The notes beneath the pieces were generated by a model that was given only the letters and a program-made list of their open reading frames with translations, did no database searches and was not told where the DNA came from. The translations under genes were made by a program, and so were the position numbers. DNA of 64,000 nucleotides from Bacilli bacterium (GTDB lineage: Bacteria > Bacillota_I > Bacilli_A > RFN20 > CAG-826), in the NCBI GenBank assembly GCA_024408655.1, contig JAKSUV010000003.1, positions 74,674-138,673 of the forward strand, written 5' to 3'. This document shows, in pieces, positions 36,410-47,037 of this stretch (position 1 is its first letter; each line of letters starts with the position of its first letter).

Positions 36410-36442
36410 ATGATTAAAAATTAATATAGAAATTATTTCTTA

Positions 36443-36475
36443 AAACTTGACTAGGCAACTAGCCAAGTTTTTATT
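36443..36475 (+). terminator. intrinsic terminator after the lipoprotein gene
   Basis: AAACTTGACTAG-GCAA-CTAGCCAAGTTT (one mismatch) followed by TTATTAT. Confidence 0.65.
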
Positions 36476-36479
36476 ATCT

Positions 36480-37304
36480 TTAGCAAATTACCGTTAAAAA
36501 CCGGATTTTACTATTAATATCTTTAGAGAAGTTAAAACTATAGTTAGATAAATGTTTATTCATTAACCCTTTTAAATCATCGACAAGATTAGGGGCAATT
36601 TCAAACATCAATAAACAAGGAGAAGAAAGCCGTTTGCTTGTGAATACTTTTTGATAAACGTTGTTTTCTTTACTAATAAATAAAGCGTCGTGTGGCTCAT
36701 AATCAAAAACACTTTGATCAACATCTTTCTTATATTTAATATAAGGCGGATTAGAAACGATAACATCGTATTTAACTTTGTTGTTAGGAAATGTATCCGC
36801 GTGATATAAATTAATTTTTACTTGATGATCTTTAATATTTTTCTTTGCGACTTTAAGCGCGTTTTCACTCATCTCAGTCGCGTCAACCCGGGCGTCTGGG
36901 AACTCCTTTTTTAATTTAATCGCGATAACCCCACTTCCGGTCCCAATATCTAAAATATTTAATGTCTTTTTCTTAGGATAATAATCGTTAATTCTTTTAA
37001 TTAATAAAGTCACTAATTCTTCGGTTTCCATCCGGGGAATTAAGGTATCTTTATTTACATAGTAAATATCGCCTAAAAAATAGGCTTTATGAGTGATATA
37101 ACTTAAGGGAACACCTTTTCTTAATTGATTAAAGCCGTTTTTAATCTTTTTAATGTCTTTAACTTCTTGATCTAATTTTAAGTAAAAAGATGATTGATTT
37201 TCTAGATTTAAAAGGTCGGTAATTAAATAACGAATGTCAAGTTCACTAATGTGAGATTTTTTGCCTTCTTTAATTAATGATAAATAAAGTTCTTTTAGTT
37301 TCAT
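36480..37304 (-). CDS. prmC: release factor glutamine N5-methyltransferase
   Basis: [11 protein letters not shown] and NPPY; overlaps the prfA stop by 4 nt. Confidence 0.88.
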   Translation of the reverse strand: MKLKELYLSLIKEGKKSHISELDIRYLITDLLNLENQSSFYLKLDQEVKDIKKIKNGFNQLRKGVPLSYITHKAYFLGDIYYVNKDTLIPRMETEELVTLLIKRINDYYPKKKTLNILDIGTGSGVIAIKLKKEFPDARVDATEMSENALKVAKKNIKDHQVKINLYHADTFPNNKVKYDVIVSNPPYIKYKKDVDQSVFDYEPHDALFISKENNVYQKVFTSKRLSSPCLLMFEIAPNLVDDLKGLMNKHLSNYSFNFSKDINSKIRFLTVIC

Positions 37305-38374
37305 TTATTTAACATCTTTTGTTCATTATCAAAATGGATTAAGGCTTCGACGATATCTTCGATATCTCCTTCCATCACCCGGTCTAATTCTTGAATCGTA
37401 AAATCAATCCGGTGATCGGTGACCCGGTTTTGGGGATAGTTATAAGTGCGGATCTTCTCACTTCGCTCACCATGCCCCACTTTTAGTTTTCTTTCTTTAC
37501 CAATCTTATCTTGTTGTTCGTCTAACGCTTTTTGGTAGACTTTCGTTCTTAACATTTGCATACAAATCTCGCGGTTTTGGATTTGGCTCTTCTCGGTTTG
37601 ACATGAGACAACAATCCCGGTGGGCTTATGAGTCATTCTGACCGCGGACTCAGTTTTATTGACGTTTTGTCCACCGGCGCCTTGGCTACGATAAGTATCA
37701 ACTTCAATATCACTTGGATTAATCACAATATCAATTTCTTCCGCTTCTGGCATCACTAAGACCGTTGCAATCGAAGTATGAATGCGGCCACTCGCTTCCG
37801 TCTTAGGTACGCGCTGAACGCGATGCGCGCCCGATTCATATTTAAGTTTAGAATAGACTTTATCGCCACTAATCTTAAACGAGACATTGCTCATACCACC
37901 CGATCCGGTATAAGAAACATCTAAGACTTGAAGACGCCAGCCCATTTTTTCGGAATACTTTGTATACATCCGAAAGAGGTCGCTAGCAAAGATATTAGCT
38001 TCTTCTCCACCCACGGCTCCTTTAATTTCCACAATGATGTTTTTATCATCATTTGGATCTTGGGGGAGTAATTTAACGGTTAAGGTTTTAATGAGTTCTT
38101 CTTGTAAAGAAGAAAGACGTTTATACTCGTCTTTACCAAAACTCGCCATCGTTTCATCTTTATCGTTAGTCATCGCTAAAGCGTCTTTCGCGTCTGATTC
38201 TGCTTTTAAATATTGGTGGTAAAGTTCAAGAATTTCATCTAAGAGCGCCCGCTCCTTCGAAAGGTCACGAAAAAGCTTCTTGTCACGAATTGTTGCTTCT
38301 AGAAGCAAAGTATCGTCAATTTCCTTTAAACGCGCTTCGCTTGCAATGAGCCGTTTGCGCATGTTTTCTTCCAT
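37301..38374 (-). CDS. prfA: peptide chain release factor 1
   Basis: Contains GGQ ([11 protein letters not shown]), the PxT-type region [17 protein letters not shown], and [11 protein letters not shown]. Confidence 0.96.
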   Translation of the reverse strand: MEENMRKRLIASEARLKEIDDTLLLEATIRDKKLFRDLSKERALLDEILELYHQYLKAESDAKDALAMTNDKDETMASFGKDEYKRLSSLQEELIKTLTVKLLPQDPNDDKNIIVEIKGAVGGEEANIFASDLFRMYTKYSEKMGWRLQVLDVSYTGSGGMSNVSFKISGDKVYSKLKYESGAHRVQRVPKTEASGRIHTSIATVLVMPEAEEIDIVINPSDIEVDTYRSQGAGGQNVNKTESAVRMTHKPTGIVVSCQTEKSQIQNREICMQMLRTKVYQKALDEQQDKIGKERKLKVGHGERSEKIRTYNYPQNRVTDHRIDFTIQELDRVMEGDIEDIVEALIHFDNEQKMLNK

Positions 38375-38482
38375 AACGCTTATGATTATACCCCCATTTA
38401 GAATAATTGTCCCTGAAAAAAGATTTGCTTTAATAGAATTAAATGTGTAAAATAAACGGGCACCTTGAAAAAGGATTACATC

Positions 38483-40738
38483 ATGAAGAAGAGTAAATTT
38501 TTTATCGGACTCTCAGCGGCATTTGTCGCCTTTACGTCCCTTATGAGCTGTAGTGGCACAGTCCGGGCAAAGGACCATGTTATTTTAACTATCGACGGTG
38601 AAGAATTCACAGCAGAAGAATTGTTTGGCGATATGAAAGTAAGTGAAGCCGCCGCGAAAGAAATGTTTGATGCGGTCTACCGCGTAGCGGTCCGAAAGTA
38701 TTTCACCGCTAAAGAACGCGAAGAAGAGATGAAAGAGGTCACTAAAGACACCAAAATTAAGATGAGTGGTCAAAAAGATATCGCTCAATCGAATGCTGAT
38801 AAAAACGGCACTTCCTATGCCGAAGAATGGCAAAAGATTCTTGATAGCAATGGCGTCGAAGACGAAGATGAACTTTACGATAAGTTTGAATACGAAATTG
38901 AAAAAAATAAATTTGATGAAGACTTTTACGAAAATGACGACTATAAAAATTTTAAAATCCTTCGTGATGGCGGCAAATTTCGTGAAGACACTGAAGAAAT
39001 CCAAGGTTACCTAAAAGAAAAAAGTCCATATCATGTCCGCCACATCTTAGTAAAAGTAAGTGCAGCAAAAGACGATCCATGCACTGGCGAAATCACAGAA
39101 AGCGAAGCGAATAAACTTTCCAAAGTTATTACCGAATTAGCGAATGGTACAAAAGATTTTGGATGGGTTGCTAATATGTATTCTGATGATACTGGGTCAA
39201 AGGATAAATACGGCGACTTAGGTATTATGGACCGTGACACTTCATTCGTTAATGAATTTAAACTCGGCACCTATCTTTATGAATCTTTCTTTAGTTCTGC
39301 CACTAGCGGACAACAATCAACGTCAAGATATGGTGGCGAAAGTGCTGAAACAGGTCTTGGATTAACTAAACCTGCAACAAAAGGAACTACCGCTGCCGAT
39401 TATGCACACGAAATCATAGAAAAAGTACAAGACCCAACTAACCATGGCAGCGATAATTTTACAATTGGTCAAATTCCTTATGAAGCAGCATTAGCGTTAG
39501 GAAGTGATGATTATAAAGTTACTTATACATCAGAAGTGACAAAAACAGCTTTTGGCAATTACGAATTTTCTAAATTAAACGAAAGAATAGAAAAGGCGGG
39601 TGGAACTATTCCACAAGATGTCAAAGAAAATGCAGAAAAGCCAAAATATTTTCCACGGAATATTATCTTTAACAAATATTTTAATAAAAACAATATCATG
39701 GTGATTACACCTTCTACTTTTCATGGTACAAACGAAGTACTCGCAGCAACACCAGAACAAAGCGCTTGGATTACAAATATAATCGGAATAAGCACCGATA
39801 AAACAAAAACTTGGCGGAAAAGCGACGATGAATATCTTTGCCCTACTAACGACGAATTTAAGAAGTTGCCTGGATTTAGTTTTGTAGCAGAAAGTAAAGC
39901 GTCTTCTAACGCAGATGAAAAATATTTCAAAGACAACGACAATGTCTTAGCTGATTTTGATGGAGATGGCACAAAAGGTAACACACCAGTTTTGCGTGAC
40001 GAAAACGGCCGGGTAATTTTTGTTTTTAGAAGTGGCACATCTAGTGAAAGTAGTAATGAAGATACTGGCTACCAAGGCATTCACTTTGTGTGTATCGAAA
40101 GAAGTCCATTCATTGCGAATGAATATGATGGCAAAACAGGCTATTTAGAAGGAGAGACTGGGGATCCAAAAGATATTAGCGTTGATAGACAAGAATACTT
40201 TACCAATTATTACCCAACTCAAACTGGCGGAAAACATCCACACTACTATTCTGTCCCGGCTGATCAACAAGATGATGATAAAAACCGTCTAGAAAAATTT
40301 ACTTATTCTAACTATTTCCCTGCGAAGAAGCCAATTGATAAAAAAGCGCGGGCGGATGATTTAGCGGGCAAAGTTAAGGCCTATGACCCCAACATTAATA
40401 CGTACATCTATAATTACCTCGTTAAAAACGGCAGTATTAATTTTTCTGAAGACGCTGAAAAGTTGGGTATCAATACAATCATTGATTCATGGATTGAACT
40501 CCAACGCGAGGATTCCAAATATCAAACCGAAGATAAATGGAACACAACCTGGAAAGATTACTGCTACCGCTTAGAACAAACCACGGAAGAAAGAAAACCA
40601 AAATTAGTTGGTGAAGTAGGAGACGACGATTGGTACAAAGGCGGCACCATTTCCGAAGCTGCAGCCTTTGCATATACACTGTTTGATTTACCACAAATAA
40701 AAGAATACTTTGGCACAGGAGGAGCATTCAATGAATAA
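38483..40738 (+). CDS. large lipoprotein containing a parvulin-type PPIase (PrsA-like) domain
   Basis: Lipobox LMS/C. The central HVRHILVKV ... [18 protein letters not shown] resembles a PpiC/PrsA rotamase. At 751 aa it is more than twice the size of a typical PrsA. Confidence 0.65.
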   Translation: MKKSKFFIGLSAAFVAFTSLMSCSGTVRAKDHVILTIDGEEFTAEELFGDMKVSEAAAKEMFDAVYRVAVRKYFTAKEREEEMKEVTKDTKIKMSGQKDIAQSNADKNGTSYAEEWQKILDSNGVEDEDELYDKFEYEIEKNKFDEDFYENDDYKNFKILRDGGKFREDTEEIQGYLKEKSPYHVRHILVKVSAAKDDPCTGEITESEANKLSKVITELANGTKDFGWVANMYSDDTGSKDKYGDLGIMDRDTSFVNEFKLGTYLYESFFSSATSGQQSTSRYGGESAETGLGLTKPATKGTTAADYAHEIIEKVQDPTNHGSDNFTIGQIPYEAALALGSDDYKVTYTSEVTKTAFGNYEFSKLNERIEKAGGTIPQDVKENAEKPKYFPRNIIFNKYFNKNNIMVITPSTFHGTNEVLAATPEQSAWITNIIGISTDKTKTWRKSDDEYLCPTNDEFKKLPGFSFVAESKASSNADEKYFKDNDNVLADFDGDGTKGNTPVLRDENGRVIFVFRSGTSSESSNEDTGYQGIHFVCIERSPFIANEYDGKTGYLEGETGDPKDISVDRQEYFTNYYPTQTGGKHPHYYSVPADQQDDDKNRLEKFTYSNYFPAKKPIDKKARADDLAGKVKAYDPNINTYIYNYLVKNGSINFSEDAEKLGINTIIDSWIELQREDSKYQTEDKWNTTWKDYCYRLEQTTEERKPKLVGEVGDDDWYKGGTISEAAAFAYTLFDLPQIKEYFGTGGAFNE

Positions 40739-42755
40739 GAGAAAAAGAAAAGCGTTCCTTCCTTTACTATTTGCCGCTGGATGTTTTTTAGTCGCATGTT
40801 CCACCGATAAGATTATTGCTCGTCCAGATTGGATTGATTACGAAATCATCAATGATCCAAACGATGTTTTAAAGGACAATAAACTTAAGCGTATCTACGA
40901 TGCTGTTAAGAAATTAAGTGACACTAATCCCAACTTATTAACTAAACTCCTTTATAAAATTGGCGAAAAACAATTAGGTAGTTTCTTACAAAATGACGAA
41001 AAAAATCCTGGTATTGAAACATTTGGGTCTAGCGAGTATGATCCAGCATCAGGTAGTTTTGATGAAGAACATAGACAAAAGTTAAAAGCGTTCATCGACG
41101 CTCACCCATTCTATAAATCATCTGAAAAGGGAGTAAAGCGCGTCAATCCAGATACCTCAGAAAAAGTAGTAGAAGATCTTAAAGGAGACGATTCTTTAAA
41201 AGTTTCTTACGAATTAATTAAAGATCGCCGGACAAGAATTCTTAATTCAATCTTTGAAAAACTATTTAATGAAATTAATGGTGGTTCTTATTCTGTCGAT
41301 AATCGATTCTATGAGGAAAAATTCCTTCGTAGTTTACGTAAACAAATGTACGTAGTGGATTCTATCGATGGCAATGAAGGCATTATTGCAAAATATGAAG
41401 AAGTTACTTATCCAAAAGAATTTACTCCACGTAGAGTCGATGGCGAAGATCAATATGGTCGGCATCAATTATTAAGTTGGGCAAAATACGTTAATGACGA
41501 TGGCCCATCTGGTCAAGATGGCTTTTTACATGTCTTTAGCAATCTTGATAATTTAACATACTATGAAGATTCACAAGACCAAAGCAAGCCATCATGCAAC
41601 ATGTATAAGGATTATATTAACCGTAAGATTCTTCCTGAAATTTATCGTGACACTCTGGCGCAAATCTATGTGAAAGATCAAAATTATTCTAGTTTAGGTC
41701 GGACTTATGCCCGTAAAATTCATATGGTTTCCGTTCCAACAAGTGACGCGACTGTTTCAAATGTCTATAACTTGTTCCATGAATACGCTAAAAATATGAA
41801 TGGTACTGATACCTATACATTTGACATTATCAATACGGCAATGCGCGGCATACTTAATAGTGCAGACGTCGCCATTAATTTACTTGACACTAGCGGATTT
41901 AAACCGATTGAAGTAGAAGATCTTACCACCGATGACCCGAAAGACAAAAAACAATTACAATGGAAACTTCACCGCGTTGAAAATGACAATAGAGTTACCC
42001 CAGTTTATAAAGGCACTTTACTAGGTGACTTAGTTGAGAAATATATGAAAGTGTTCAACGTTACATATAAGAAAGATGAACAAGGAACGTCATATTTTGA
42101 TTTTGAAACCTTCAACCCGACTAGAGACGAAGATTTCTATAAAGAATTAACTGGAAACTATTCTTATTCTGTTGAACATGGTCTTGAATTAAAAGAAAGG
42201 GAAATTGCCCTAACCAATTACATTAAAGATGGTTGGTATTTAAAAAACGAAGGCGCTGAAGATCTTGGTGATGTTTTTAAGAAACGACTCTTTGATATTT
42301 CTACTAGCAAGATAATTGATGTCAAAAGTAGAGATGATTATAAAGACGGTGACTATGCGCGACAATTGGGAAACAAGAAATATTACCTAACTAACGAAGA
42401 TTACACTGATGAGGAAAAATCAATAGTGCTCAAAGAAGACGGTAAAATACACATCGTTGAAATTGAAGAAGCTCCTAGCACTTCAAAATTATCAACCGAT
42501 ATTAACAACGAAGGCTCTTATGTTTGGGATAAATTAGATATCGAAACAAGCACATTGCACCGTATTCCCGATGATAATTTGACTTGGTCAACTTCTTTCC
42601 GGGATAACATTGTTAACGATGTTGTCGCGAAGGTTTCTTCGGGTGATACCTATAAGAAGAACGCCGAAGAATACTTCTTAATGATTAGTAACATTATCTT
42701 CTACGATGAAGATGTCTATGATTACTTTAAATCACAATATCCTGATTTATTCTAA
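40731..42755 (+). CDS. large lipoprotein of unknown function, translationally coupled to the PrsA-like gene
   Basis: [24 protein letters not shown] has lipobox LVA/C. A GGAGGAG SD lies 6 nt upstream, and the ATG overlaps the upstream gene's end by 8 nt. Confidence 0.6.
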   Translation: MNKRKRKAFLPLLFAAGCFLVACSTDKIIARPDWIDYEIINDPNDVLKDNKLKRIYDAVKKLSDTNPNLLTKLLYKIGEKQLGSFLQNDEKNPGIETFGSSEYDPASGSFDEEHRQKLKAFIDAHPFYKSSEKGVKRVNPDTSEKVVEDLKGDDSLKVSYELIKDRRTRILNSIFEKLFNEINGGSYSVDNRFYEEKFLRSLRKQMYVVDSIDGNEGIIAKYEEVTYPKEFTPRRVDGEDQYGRHQLLSWAKYVNDDGPSGQDGFLHVFSNLDNLTYYEDSQDQSKPSCNMYKDYINRKILPEIYRDTLAQIYVKDQNYSSLGRTYARKIHMVSVPTSDATVSNVYNLFHEYAKNMNGTDTYTFDIINTAMRGILNSADVAINLLDTSGFKPIEVEDLTTDDPKDKKQLQWKLHRVENDNRVTPVYKGTLLGDLVEKYMKVFNVTYKKDEQGTSYFDFETFNPTRDEDFYKELTGNYSYSVEHGLELKEREIALTNYIKDGWYLKNEGAEDLGDVFKKRLFDISTSKIIDVKSRDDYKDGDYARQLGNKKYYLTNEDYTDEEKSIVLKEDGKIHIVEIEEAPSTSKLSTDINNEGSYVWDKLDIETSTLHRIPDDNLTWSTSFRDNIVNDVVAKVSSGDTYKKNAEEYFLMISNIIFYDEDVYDYFKSQYPDLF

Positions 42756-42773
42756 AGTCAGAAAAAATTAATG

Positions 42774-42800
42774 AAGGCACGGTGACGTGCCTTTTTATTT
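42774..42800 (+). terminator. intrinsic terminator after the lipoprotein pair
   Basis: AAGGCACG-GTGA-CGTGCCTT followed by TTTATTTT. Confidence 0.8.
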
Positions 42801-42830
42801 TGTTATATAATTAAATATAGAGGTATAAAT

Positions 42831-43244
42831 ATGGACAATTGTATCTTCTGTAAAATCATTAAAGGCGAAATCCCAAGCGCCAAAATCTATGAGGATGATG
42901 AAGTTTTAGCCATCCTTGATATTTCACAAGCCACGCGTGGCCATACTTTAGTTATTTCGAAAGAACATCATCCTAACTTCTTAGCGACACCAAAAGAAAT
43001 CATGCATAAGGTGATGGACGTGGCTCAACGGATTGGGCAAGCCCAAATGGCGGTCTTAGGCGCTAAGGGCATTAATATCTTAACTAACGTTGGTGAAGAA
43101 GCGGGGCAAACCATTATGCACTACCACGTTCATGTTGTCCCACGCTATACCCGTGATACCGGTTTCCAAATCACTTTAAAAGAAAATAATAGCGATAAAA
43201 ATAACTTACCCGCTTTAGCGGATCAAATTAAATCAAAACTTTAA
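42831..43244 (+). CDS. HIT-family nucleotide hydrolase
   Basis: CIFCKII and the histidine triad HYHVHVVP. Confidence 0.88.
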   Translation: MDNCIFCKIIKGEIPSAKIYEDDEVLAILDISQATRGHTLVISKEHHPNFLATPKEIMHKVMDVAQRIGQAQMAVLGAKGINILTNVGEEAGQTIMHYHVHVVPRYTRDTGFQITLKENNSDKNNLPALADQIKSKL

Positions 43245-43499
43245 TCGCAATAATGACCTTGACAGGCAATAATGATAATTGAACCGTTTTTAACTTGATA
43301 TACTAAACGATGCTTTTGTGTAATACGCCGCGAATAGCAAGTTTCTGACATATATTTTAAACGTTCCGGTTTGCCTATTCCTTTAAGGGGACCGTTTTTC
43401 TTAATATCTTCAATTAAATCAATATTTTTTTCTTTTTCCAAAGCGTTCAAATAATGAAATTCAGCAAATTGATTCCAAGCGGTAGCAGAAAAATTACAT
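43241..43499 (-). pseudogene. yoeB: YoeB/Txe-family toxin with a disrupted start (ATG out of frame by 1 nt; in-frame TAA just upstream)
   Basis: GIGKPERLKY...YSRRITQKHRLVYQV...IIIIACQGHY matches YoeB. Homology (FSATAWNQFAEFHYL) continues upstream of the only in-frame start candidate (TTG 43450) up to the TAA at 43499-43501. The ATG at 43499-43497 is followed by one extra T. Confidence 0.6.
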
Positions 43500-43507
43500 T
43501 AATTGCA

Positions 43508-43753
43508 TTATTTCAATTCTTTAATTGTCTTTTTGACAACATCTCCGCGTTTTAATTCATTGAGTGATTTTTGGAGCATGGCTAAATATTTAGCGTTGTT
43601 AATAATTCTTTGCATCTCGTTATATTGTTCAAGCGACATCACTACAACATTTTGTTCGTTTTTACGAGTAACGATAATAGTCTCGCCACTGATAGCTTTA
43701 TCGCAATAATTCTTAAGAGAATTGCGAATTGTCGAATAATTAACTGCTAACAT
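43508..43753 (-). CDS. yefM: YefM/Phd-family antitoxin
   Basis: 81 aa with the pattern MLAVNYSTIRNSLKNYCDKAISGETIIVTRKNEQNVVVMSLEQYN. An AGGAG SD is present. Confidence 0.8.
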   Translation of the reverse strand: MLAVNYSTIRNSLKNYCDKAISGETIIVTRKNEQNVVVMSLEQYNEMQRIINNAKYLAMLQKSLNELKRGDVVKKTIKELK

Positions 43754-43783
43754 AAAAACAGCTCCTTATAATAAATCTAATAG

Positions 43784-43823
43784 CATTATATGATTGTACA
43801 ATAAATATATCAATATCTTGTAC
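43784..43823 (-). promoter_or_regulatory. TA-module promoter (TTGATA-17-TATAAT) with two TTGTACAA palindromes (TGTACA cores)
   Basis: -10 at 43784-43789 and -35 at 43807-43812 (minus strand). TGTACA lies at 43794-43799 (in the spacer) and 43818-43823 (just upstream of the -35). Confidence 0.65.
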
Positions 43824-43825
43824 AA

Positions 43826-44752
43826 TTATTTTTTCTTATATAACCGACGGCCGTCTAATTGCGGCAGGCTTTTACTAAATTCACCTTCGTTAATGTCTTT
43901 GACATTATTTTCGTACATCATCATCTTCGCATCTAAGTCGTCAATGAAGTTGAGCATAATCGCTTCTTTAGTTTCACCTAAGACAGGTGAGCCGTATTCA
44001 TATTGACCGTGGCTTGCTAAAATCGCGTGTTCAAGTAATAAGACTTTTTCGTTATTTTCTAAGTGATGCGCGGTCGCGACATTATTCACTAGATTCACCG
44101 CAATCACTAAATGGCCTAATAAACGTCCTTCGGTGGTGTATTCAATCGGTAATAGACCACTTAATTCTTTGATCTTACCAATATCGTGTAAGAAGATACC
44201 CGCAAGAATAATATCTTGGTCAATATGATCATAGTGTTTCATTAAAAACGCCCCAACGTCTAACATACTCACCGTATGATAAAGTAGGCCACTTGCGAAG
44301 GCGTGATGGTTATTACTCGCCGCCGGATAAGTTAAGATCTTTTCTTTATGCTTATTATATAATTCATCGACAATGAGCTTAATATTAGGGTCTTGAATTT
44401 GACTTAAATACGCTTCTAATTTCTTTTGTAGAGTCTCTTTGGGGATGGGTGAACAAGGAATATAATCATCAAGTTTAGTGACTTCGACTTTATTCGCATC
44501 TTTAATCTTAAGTTCAATCTTATCTTTATAAGTCGTCGCATCAAAGGAGATATTCACAAAATTACCAGGTTTAAAAATCTCACTATCTTCAGCGTCGACA
44601 TCCCATTTTTTCGCCGCTAAAGTGCCAGTTTTATCCTGAAGGATAATATTCATAAACGATTTACCCGTGGAGGTTAAACTCTTGGTTGCGCTTTTAACTA
44701 GATAAATCTCCCGATAACTTTCGCCTTCTTTAATGCTATTAAGATAGATCAT
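43826..44752 (-). CDS. yhaM: 3'-5' exoribonuclease YhaM-like (OB fold + HD domain)
   Basis: An N-terminal OB region is followed by HD-domain strings: HHAFASGLLYHT, FLHDIGK, HGQYEYGSP. Confidence 0.75.
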   Translation of the reverse strand: MIYLNSIKEGESYREIYLVKSATKSLTSTGKSFMNIILQDKTGTLAAKKWDVDAEDSEIFKPGNFVNISFDATTYKDKIELKIKDANKVEVTKLDDYIPCSPIPKETLQKKLEAYLSQIQDPNIKLIVDELYNKHKEKILTYPAASNNHHAFASGLLYHTVSMLDVGAFLMKHYDHIDQDIILAGIFLHDIGKIKELSGLLPIEYTTEGRLLGHLVIAVNLVNNVATAHHLENNEKVLLLEHAILASHGQYEYGSPVLGETKEAIMLNFIDDLDAKMMMYENNVKDINEGEFSKSLPQLDGRRLYKKK

Positions 44753-45503
44753 AATTCTCCCCCATTACTGCTTTAATTTTACTATAACTATAGCCCTTCC
44801 GCTTTAAGGCCATCATAATTTTCCTTTCATCATCATATTGCCGTTTAAACTTCGTATAATCTTTTAATAAAGCATCAGGGTAATTAACTGGCGTTAATTT
44901 AATCTTATTTAACGCCTGGTTAATTTCTTGATAAGAATAACCTGACCTTAAACAAGCATCCGTGATTTTCGCCCGCTTATTCGTAGCGTTGCTCCGGGTA
45001 TAACGACGGTCTAAAGCCTTAATATATTTATTTAAGGCTAATGCGTAGTCTTTTTGATTAATCTCATCCATTACTTTCTCAATGATTGTTGGTTTAATCA
45101 TTAATGCCCGTAAAGCTTCTTTAATAAAGCGTTCACCTTTATGACGAGTAAGTAAACTCATCGCGTAATCTAGTGCGAAGGCTTCATCATCAGTAAGATG
45201 ATGCTTTCGTAAATAAGTGAGAATCTGATTAATATGATTTTCGTTAATTTGTTTTTGTTTTAATTTCTTTATTAACTTACTTTCGCAATACGCGTATTTA
45301 CCCACTAAGTTTAGCGCGTAGGCTAAATCCTTTTGGTATGAATCATCTGCCTTTAAAGCCTCGTATTCTTTATTGGTTAATTGTTTATTTAAATATAAGG
45401 TAAAGTTCGTATAAGTATTAGGCGTAATCTCTAACTTTTCTTTACCAAAGTAAAGAACCACCTTTTTCTTTAGAATATGAATGTCCGTGATCGTGTGACT
45501 CAT
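44739..45503 (-). CDS. RecX-like regulatory protein
   Basis: 254 aa of repeated three-helix modules (..KLKQKQINENHINQILTYLRKHHLTDDEAFA..); overlaps its neighbours. Confidence 0.5.
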   Translation of the reverse strand: MSHTITDIHILKKKVVLYFGKEKLEITPNTYTNFTLYLNKQLTNKEYEALKADDSYQKDLAYALNLVGKYAYCESKLIKKLKQKQINENHINQILTYLRKHHLTDDEAFALDYAMSLLTRHKGERFIKEALRALMIKPTIIEKVMDEINQKDYALALNKYIKALDRRYTRSNATNKRAKITDACLRSGYSYQEINQALNKIKLTPVNYPDALLKDYTKFKRQYDDERKIMMALKRKGYSYSKIKAVMGENYDLS

Positions 45504-46984
45504 AAATCAAAGCTCCCCCAATCCCGGTCATCTTTCTTATGACGTTTCTTTTTGTTTTGTTCTAAAGGCTTCACTAAATCACTATCAACATGGAATGGTG
45601 ATTCTTCGTATAATTCTTGATCATCGAGTTCAAATTCTTTCTTTCGTTTCTTTTCTTGGAAGCTTTTAGGGACCACCATTTCCTTAATCCGTTGTTGATT
45701 TTCTTTTCTTGTCACTTGGGTGGAAGCAAAACTTGCATCACTACTTTGTTTTCTTTCTTCATAGGTTTCTAGTTGCATTGTGACAAACGTCCGGCGGTCG
45801 GTTGCCGCTTCCGCTTGTTTCTTGGGACTCGCTTTATATAAAGCGGTCACGAGTCCAGAGACTAACATAATCGCGTAGAAAGTTGCGCCCCGCCAAATAA
45901 TTTGACTCGCACTAATCGCAGCGGGTGTTGTGTAATAATTTTCAAATAATTTCGAGAATAAGATTTCACTAATACCCGCACCACCCGGAATTGGGATTAA
46001 ACCCGAAATCATTTGGTGATAGCAAGATAAGAAGCAAGCGTCAAACATACTGCCAATCGTTGGATAACCAGCAGTGTGAACAATCTCGCCACCAATCTCG
46101 TGATAGCCATAACCATTAACCGCCATCCCGGCAAACCAAGGAATGGAGTATTCACAAATTAGGCCAATAAAGAATAACGAGATAATCACAATCGTAATCG
46201 GAATATTTGAAAGGAGTCGTCTTAATTCAATCTTAAAGTTCTCCACCTGAATCCGTAAGGATTCTCTTGTCTTATCCGGATGCTTTAGGATTTTAATCTT
46301 GGCTAAGAAACCCACGCCATAATGCATGACAAAGTTATGCATCCGGTGGGAGTAACTCATCAAGAAAAGGAGACCCACAATCGATAAAGAAAAGAGGAAA
46401 CCGATGATTGTAAGCGGCACTAACGAAAGATTCGCGGAGAAATTACCAATCGTAATCGGTACACTCCCGATTTCTTTAAAGAGACTAAATTTAAAGATAA
46501 CCGCGATGAGGTTAAAGATCACCACGGCGATGTTATACAAAATGAAGTACATAACAAGGATACTCGCCGCGTTAGAAATCTGGGTACCCTGGTTACGTAA
46601 AGCGTAGGCTTGCATTACTTGTCCACCTTTAGCTCCAGGCGTAATACTCCCATAGAAATAACCAATCATGGAGACTGCCGCGCCTTGGTGAAGATGGTAT
46701 TTTCTCGTGTAAAGGCGCATGAAGATATAAATAACTAAAGCGTCCACCACGAGTGAGAAAAACATGACACCAATAATTGCTAATATCCAACGATAGTCGC
46801 TACTAGCTAAAGCGTTAAAAACGCCTTGGGGGTCTTTCCGTAACGCTAAAAAAAGTGCAATCCCGGTCGCAACTAAAACAAGCGAAATATAGATGACGTA
46901 CTTATAAAGGCCACTTTTCTTTTTCTTCGGATTCGGGCTTTCTTCGTAGGCTTTAATGTCTTCCTTGGTTAAAACTTTTTCCAT
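45500..46984 (-). CDS. flippase-like membrane protein (lysyl-PG synthase TM-region / UPF0104-type) with a charged C-terminal tail
   Basis: About 8 TM segments, with GGAG in a late loop (IPIPGGAGISE), plus about 110 aa of K/E-rich tail. Confidence 0.5.
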   Translation of the reverse strand: MEKVLTKEDIKAYEESPNPKKKKSGLYKYVIYISLVLVATGIALFLALRKDPQGVFNALASSDYRWILAIIGVMFFSLVVDALVIYIFMRLYTRKYHLHQGAAVSMIGYFYGSITPGAKGGQVMQAYALRNQGTQISNAASILVMYFILYNIAVVIFNLIAVIFKFSLFKEIGSVPITIGNFSANLSLVPLTIIGFLFSLSIVGLLFLMSYSHRMHNFVMHYGVGFLAKIKILKHPDKTRESLRIQVENFKIELRRLLSNIPITIVIISLFFIGLICEYSIPWFAGMAVNGYGYHEIGGEIVHTAGYPTIGSMFDACFLSCYHQMISGLIPIPGGAGISEILFSKLFENYYTTPAAISASQIIWRGATFYAIMLVSGLVTALYKASPKKQAEAATDRRTFVTMQLETYEERKQSSDASFASTQVTRKENQQRIKEMVVPKSFQEKKRKKEFELDDQELYEESPFHVDSDLVKPLEQNKKKRHKKDDRDWGSFDL

Positions 46985-47037
46985 TTTAAAATTAGCAAAG
47001 TAATTTTAACATGTATTTCACGGGCGTGGGTAACTAA

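Noticed and set aside
38585-39004. A 139-aa antisense ORF (F/I/K-rich) inside the PrsA-like gene. Similar antisense or alternative-frame track ORFs occur elsewhere, for example 199-390, 6548-6817, 15871-16194, 39721-40038, 54223-54492 and 63085-63453.
   Set aside because: All lie wholly inside well-supported genes. Their composition is typical of antisense frames in AT-rich DNA, and they have no SD or motifs.
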